From positions 337,976-401,975 of the forward strand of contig CAWDRU010000001.1 in the NCBI GenBank assembly GCA_963804815.1: DNA of 64,000 nucleotides, read 5' to 3'. The translations under genes were made by a program, and so were the position numbers. The notes under the pieces were generated by a model that was not told the DNA's origin, made no database searches, and saw only the letters and a program-made list of their open reading frames with translations. This document shows positions 60,301 to 64,000 of the stretch, in pieces (the stretch's first letter is position 1; every line of letters starts with the position of its first letter). This DNA is from Blastocatellia bacterium. GTDB taxonomy: Bacteria; Acidobacteriota; Blastocatellia; UBA7656.

Positions 60301-60601
60301 CGGCCCCATAGTCGGCACGCGAACAGGCGGCGGCGGCATCGGGCCGTACGCATACACGCCTCGCCTGATTGATGGCGGAAACGTTCAACTGCCGAATCGC
60401 GCAGCCTACAACCCTGACGGCACATCGTGGGGAATCGAAAACGTCGGCGTCACGCCCGATTACGAAGTCGAGATCCTGCCGAAAGACATTTTAAGCGGGC
60501 GCGATGCGCAGCTCGAAAAGGCGATTCAGGTTGGGCTTGAAGAGATAAAAAAGAATCCTTCGATCTCGCCGAAAAAACCCCGCTATCCTGTTCATAAATG
60601 A
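57344..60601 (+). CDS. Tricorn-like S41 protease
   Basis: Signal peptide, PD40 beta-propellers (FSPDG, WSPDS), VSH (catalytic His region), PDZ, IIDQRYNGGG, FSAAE (nucleophile Ser), GTRTGGG and IENVGVTPD. Confidence 0.92.
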   Translation: MNFLRRLSSMSKILTAILFLLAGFINVSAGQPAPALYGRLTVNQTHIVFSYAGDLWSVERGGGEARRITTHPGEESYPAFSPDGTELAFSRQIGGNWDIYVMPAAGGEARQVTYEPRNDYAYGWTPDGKAILFMSNITGSPRLYTIARDGVLQNELPLAPEALNGSLSPDGRRIAYSPTSAIGDWRFYRGGSKGQIWLANPVTSEIEKLPQGNYNDDLPAWVGNKIYFLSDRSAIYNLYSYDLSSKQTKQLTTFEQHGIRSIGAGAGAVVFVRDGRIHLHDTATGQTRVVDVRLSPDTTELKPRAVNLSRGIESVLLSASGDKVIFGVRGEAMVFDTATGDARNITASSAIAERFPTLSPDGKSIACFSDESGEYQLNIRPANGDGAVKKIAIEPKPSFYRELVWSPDSKKVAFTDRRLALWFVDVESSAVSRIDSSTYSYQQEWYPQWSPDSRWLAYSKHLGNRVRTVFIYDVAGKRARQITDGRTHTELPCFDANGKYLYFASSPNAGTSEFGWGVLNGILARPLVTRRLHAIILQNDAPSPILPTGAINPEAKAGESASMVRIDFENINRRVVDLPTQSRDYAQLTAGKPGVLFALISEWPAAPGLGSNPTPVLYKIDLTQAARAEKFVEGIGGFEVSHDGSRLIYAKAGGWFLVTTDAAPKADDGRLDLKKMEATIDPRAEWKQIYHEAWRIMRDWFYEPNHHGQNLAELEAHFAEYLPTVTRRADLNQLMNRMLGHISVSHLVVGGGDLPQPAGPPVRIGLLGADYEIANGRYRFKRIYRASSYNSPLGTAQAPLDAPGINVSEGEYLIAVDGKELDSSKSIYAQFDGKVNQAVKIRVGLNPDGKGARELAVFPIPNESGLRTANWAEGNRRRVEEASGGKLGYIFVESYGPGIFDFIRGLTGYSDRPGIIIDQRYNGGGITPDYLIEWLQRKPLYYYAFREGDDIATPVNPGPRAKVLITNEQNFSAAETFAFMYKLAKVGPIVGTRTGGGGIGPYAYTPRLIDGGNVQLPNRAAYNPDGTSWGIENVGVTPDYEVEILPKDILSGRDAQLEKAIQVGLEEIKKNPSISPKKPRYPVHK

Positions 60602-60641
60602 GCGGGCTGCGCTTTCAGGTCAGGCGCATTTAAAACCGTGC

Positions 60642-61394
60642 TTACTGCGCTCGCAGTCCGGGCCTCTGCTCGTACTCTGTAATCGCCTGCGTCCGGCCTC
60701 CGATGACCGTGCTGACGCGCACTCTGCCGGGCGCTATCTCCTCACGAAGAAACGATACCTCAATCGAAGGTATCGTTTCTTCGCTGCGAAGCTGGCCTGC
60801 CAATCGCCTGTCATCAAGAAAGCAGCCCATCGAAATTGCAAAATGATGAGGATTTTTCAGGCGAAGATCCTTGAACCCCCAAACAACGGTCGCATCGGCT
60901 CCAAGGGGAGTGAAACGTTCATTCTCGTGATAGATGTCAAGGCTGTGCGGATGTCGTTCGACGATCTCAAGGCCGCCCAGCAACGCAAGGTGATAAACAA
61001 GGCTGCTCAATTGACACAGCCCTCCGCCAGCCTGGCGCACCAATTGGCCATCGACGATATTCCGTCCCTCTACAAAGCCGTTGCCCGTCGAAGGCTTTCC
61101 GATCCGCCCCCAGAATGACCAGTGACTGCCGGGGTTTATCAAGCTCTGATCAATCAATGCCGCGCCGCGCTTCAGATTTGACAACTTATTCTCGTATAGC
61201 TGCCCCGGAAAAACGATCTGTATCAGCTCTGTTCTAACCGGCCAGTCGGCACCGCCGATCTCATTTCGTAATCGGATGCCGCTTACCGAATCACGGCGCT
61301 GCCGCCGCGCCTGAGCGTAAAGCTGGCGTAGCGCCAGCGGAACACTGCGTCGCACCAGACTTCGCAGATTGTAAGTAATATTCCTTTTATTCAT
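60642..61394 (-). CDS. VanW family protein
   Basis: GGGLCQLSS, ERHPHS and DATVVWGFKDLRLKN motifs. Confidence 0.88.
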   Translation of the reverse strand: MNKRNITYNLRSLVRRSVPLALRQLYAQARRQRRDSVSGIRLRNEIGGADWPVRTELIQIVFPGQLYENKLSNLKRGAALIDQSLINPGSHWSFWGRIGKPSTGNGFVEGRNIVDGQLVRQAGGGLCQLSSLVYHLALLGGLEIVERHPHSLDIYHENERFTPLGADATVVWGFKDLRLKNPHHFAISMGCFLDDRRLAGQLRSEETIPSIEVSFLREEIAPGRVRVSTVIGGRTQAITEYEQRPGLRAQ

Positions 61395-61509
61395 TAATAG
61401 TCTGAGATGAGTTTTGCGCCGGATACCGGCACAGGAATCGTCAGTTGGCTCAACCCTGAAGGCAATTCCCTGCCGCGCGGAATCGTAATATACAGTTTGA
61501 CAACCTTCA

Positions 61510-61911
61510 TCATCGGTTTAATGACGGCCCGAAGAACGTCTGGATTCCACCAAGCGCTCCCATAACAATCATTGCGATAATGAGCAGAATGATAAATGCC
61601 GGAATAGAAGCGAGCGCCCACTTCACCATAAAAACAATCATTGATATAAAGGGCATCTTTATATCCGTGATGATGACATCATTGCTGGTTTCTACTTTTG
61701 GAGGCAGGCCATAGCCATCAGTTCGTGGCGCGTTCTCCTTTCTAATCCTGTAATTCTCATTCGGGATTCTTCGCGCTCTCATTTCGGCTTCGGCATACTG
61801 AAGGGCCTGCTCTCTGTAGTCTGCAAAATCAACATTGACCATTTTCAAGAGGTCTTCATCAGACAGCTTTGAGATTTTCTCTCTGAGTTCCGGATCATTC
61901 GGCATATACAT
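61510..61911 (-). CDS. Hypothetical membrane protein
   Basis: AAGGAGG RBS; LSDEDLL N-terminal domain and C-terminal DIKMPFISMIVFMVKWALASIPA TM region. Confidence 0.8.
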   Translation of the reverse strand: MYMPNDPELREKISKLSDEDLLKMVNVDFADYREQALQYAEAEMRARRIPNENYRIRKENAPRTDGYGLPPKVETSNDVIITDIKMPFISMIVFMVKWALASIPAFIILLIIAMIVMGALGGIQTFFGPSLNR

Positions 61912-61978
61912 CCTCCTTCATTTTCAAAGCTGCGCTGATCAGGGCGCAACTTATATCACAACAATCCTGTGATTCAAA

Positions 61979-62049
61979 GCAGAGGCGCAGAGGTTAAAAG
62001 ATTATGTTCTCTGCGAAATCTCTGCGTATCTCCGCGCCTCTGCGGTGAA
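61979..62049. repeat. CTCTGCG short-repeat hairpin
   Basis: gcagaggcgcagag followed by four ctc(t/c)gcg units that can pair back. Confidence 0.65.
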
Positions 62050-62249
62050 TAGGCTTCTTTCTTGCAGTACGATGGAGAATGACTTGATTCTGCCCGATAG
62101 CGTCCTTTGGAGATTGCTGAAAACAGGCCACGCTATAGCTGCCCGTATCTGGGAATTGGATTCCCAAAACCGAAACCCCGGAAAGGATTCCGCCTCCGCG
62201 CCCTCCTGCCTAAACTAAGCCGCTTAACGGCTTACAGTTTACGGAGTTG

Positions 62250-62266
62250 TGGCACGCAACTTGGCT
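62250..62266 (+). promoter_or_regulatory. Sigma-54-like promoter variant upstream of the last ADOP
   Basis: TGGCACGCAACTTGGCT; 15/17 identical to 26815-26831. Confidence 0.6.
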
Positions 62267-62327
62267 TAACCGCTCTAAAAGTCGTTGGGATATTTGTGTT
62301 TTATCCGTCGAGATCGCGGAGGGACTG

Positions 62328-64000
62328 ATGGAAACCATACTACAGGACATTCGCTACGGCATAAGAATGCTCATCAAAAATCCGGGGTTCACAGTCGTAG
62401 CAGTTCTGGTGCTGGCGCTGGGCATTGGAGCCAACAGCGTGATTTTCAGCGCGGTCAATGCGCTCTTGCTCAACACTTTCTCTTACTCTGACCCGGAGCA
62501 GCTTGTCGGCGTGTGGGAACGCGCGCCGCAGAATCCGCTCAACGAAGTCGCGCCCGCCAACTTCATAGACTGGCAAAAGCAGAACGAAGTATTCTCTCAG
62601 ATTGGCGCGCTCAATTTCTGGAACGCCAACCTCACAGGCGTCGATGTGCCGGAGCGACTGCAAGGCTTTCAGGTTTCACCCGGCCTGATTTCCCTGCTTG
62701 GCGTCGCGCCTTTGATAGGCCGCGATTTTCTGCCCGAAGAGGCGGAGTTGGGCAAAAACACCGTTGTCATAATCAGTCACGGTTTATGGCAGCGCAGATT
62801 CGGCGGCGACCCGGATATTATCGGAAAAACTTTAAACATCAATAACCGCGACTACACAGTCATCGCCGTCATGCCGCCCGGATTTCAGGTGCATCGTAAA
62901 GCCGATCTGTGGTCGCCGCTCGCCCTGAGACCGACAACGCTTGCGAATCGGCAATCCCATTTTCTGATCGTCATGGCGCGGCTCAAAACGGGCGTCACCC
63001 GCGAACAGGCGCAGGCCGCGATGACGACAATCGCCGGTCAGCTTCAACAGCAATACCCTGAGACGAACACGAACTGGGGCGCAAACGTCGTCACGTTGCA
63101 GGAACAGACCGTCGGGCAGATCAAACCCGCCGCGCTCGTGTTGCTGGTGGCCGTCGGGCTGGTGCTTTTGATCGCGTGCGCAAACGTAGCCAATCTGCTG
63201 CTCGCACGCGCTGCCACCCGGCAGAAAGAGATCGCCATCCGGCTCGCTCTGGGTTCGAGCCGCCGCCGAATCGTGCGGCAGTTGTTGACCGAAAGCCTGC
63301 TGCTTGCGCTGCTGGGCGGGTTGGCAGGATTGCTGCTGGCGATGTGGAGCGTGGATATCTTAGTGGCCAACGTGCCCGAAGACGTGGCCTTCTCGCTCCC
63401 CCGGTTGAAAGAGATCGGCATCAATCTGCCAGTGCTGGGTTTCACCTTGCTTGTCTCGCTTGCGACTGGAATGGTGTTCGGGCTTGCGCCTGCGTTCCAG
63501 GCTTCGAGGTTCAATCTGAACGACGTGATCAAAGAAGGCGGGCGCGGCACATCCACGGGCCTTAGCGGGCGTCGTTTGCGCCAGATGCTGGTCATTGCAG
63601 AGGTCGCATTATCGGCAGTGTTGTTGATAGGCGCGAGCCTGCTCATCAAAAGCATGCTCAAACTGCTTGAAGTCAATCCCGGTTTCAGCGGCAGGAATGT
63701 GATCACGATGCGAACCACTTTGCCGGGCGCGAAATATCGCGAAGATGCGCAGATGATCGCCTTCTACAATCAGATCACCGAACGCCTTGAGCAGATGCCC
63801 GGCGTCGAATCCGCAGGCGCAATCAGCCATTTGCCGATGGGCGGCAGCAACAGCACTGCCGGTTTCGACATTGAAGGAAAGCCTGCGCCATCGCCCGCCG
63901 ACCAGCCCGAAGCCGCACACCGCGCAATCAGCACCGAGTATTTCCGAGTGCTGAACATTCCAATAATACAGGGCAGACAGTTCACCGCCGAGGACAATGA
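62328..64000 (+). CDS. ADOP permease, partial (runs off the window)
   Basis: Not in the ORF track. GGAGG, then [21 protein letters not shown]...[26 protein letters not shown]. Confidence 0.93.
   Translation, partial: METILQDIRYGIRMLIKNPGFTVVAVLVLALGIGANSVIFSAVNALLLNTFSYSDPEQLVGVWERAPQNPLNEVAPANFIDWQKQNEVFSQIGALNFWNANLTGVDVPERLQGFQVSPGLISLLGVAPLIGRDFLPEEAELGKNTVVIISHGLWQRRFGGDPDIIGKTLNINNRDYTVIAVMPPGFQVHRKADLWSPLALRPTTLANRQSHFLIVMARLKTGVTREQAQAAMTTIAGQLQQQYPETNTNWGANVVTLQEQTVGQIKPAALVLLVAVGLVLLIACANVANLLLARAATRQKEIAIRLALGSSRRRIVRQLLTESLLLALLGGLAGLLLAMWSVDILVANVPEDVAFSLPRLKEIGINLPVLGFTLLVSLATGMVFGLAPAFQASRFNLNDVIKEGGRGTSTGLSGRRLRQMLVIAEVALSAVLLIGASLLIKSMLKLLEVNPGFSGRNVITMRTTLPGAKYREDAQMIAFYNQITERLEQMPGVESAGAISHLPMGGSNSTAGFDIEGKPAPSPADQPEAAHRAISTEYFRVLNIPIIQGRQFTAEDN

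Noticed and set aside
60642-61394. Vancomycin resistance locus
   Set aside because: This is a lone VanW-domain gene with no vanHAX or vanRS genes.
26830-64000. Dozens of 60-340 aa antisense or alternate-frame ORFs, many similar to one another (e.g. ...[17 protein letters not shown]...)
   Set aside because: They are shadows of the conserved ADOP, tricorn and other coding sequences; their recurrence only reflects paralogy on the sense strand.

Overview
64 kb of bacterial chromosome. The gene content suggests Acidobacteriota, probably Blastocatellia-like; this is inferred from the ADOP permease expansion and not from a marker gene. No rRNA, tRNA or CRISPR array was seen. The left half (1-26.5 kb) is an accessory mosaic: a partial ADOP permease, a 2OG-Fe(II) oxygenase, a secreted OB-fold protein, a complete ISAs1 element with TIRs and a 10-bp target duplication, and a secreted two-gene pair whose motifs match the two halves of a vitellogenin/MTP/apoB-type large lipid transfer protein (the top finding). 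It continues with a tyrosine-integrase relic, an M23 peptidase, a DUF3108 protein, two unannotated coupled 55-aa membrane peptides behind a sigma-54-like promoter, and an ECF41 sigma factor with its CMD target and a consensus promoter. Then come a MetE-like protein translationally coupled to a PAS hybrid kinase (second candidate system), a CHASE3 kinase, an S8-SLH protease and a PpiC foldase. The right half holds a roughly 29-kb head-to-tail array of 11 orphan ADOP (MacB/FtsX duplicated) permeases showing DNA-level gene conversion, interrupted by two secreted accessory proteins. It ends with AraC, a tricorn-like protease, VanW and a 13th (partial) ADOP. All family calls are motif recognition by eye; no database search was run.
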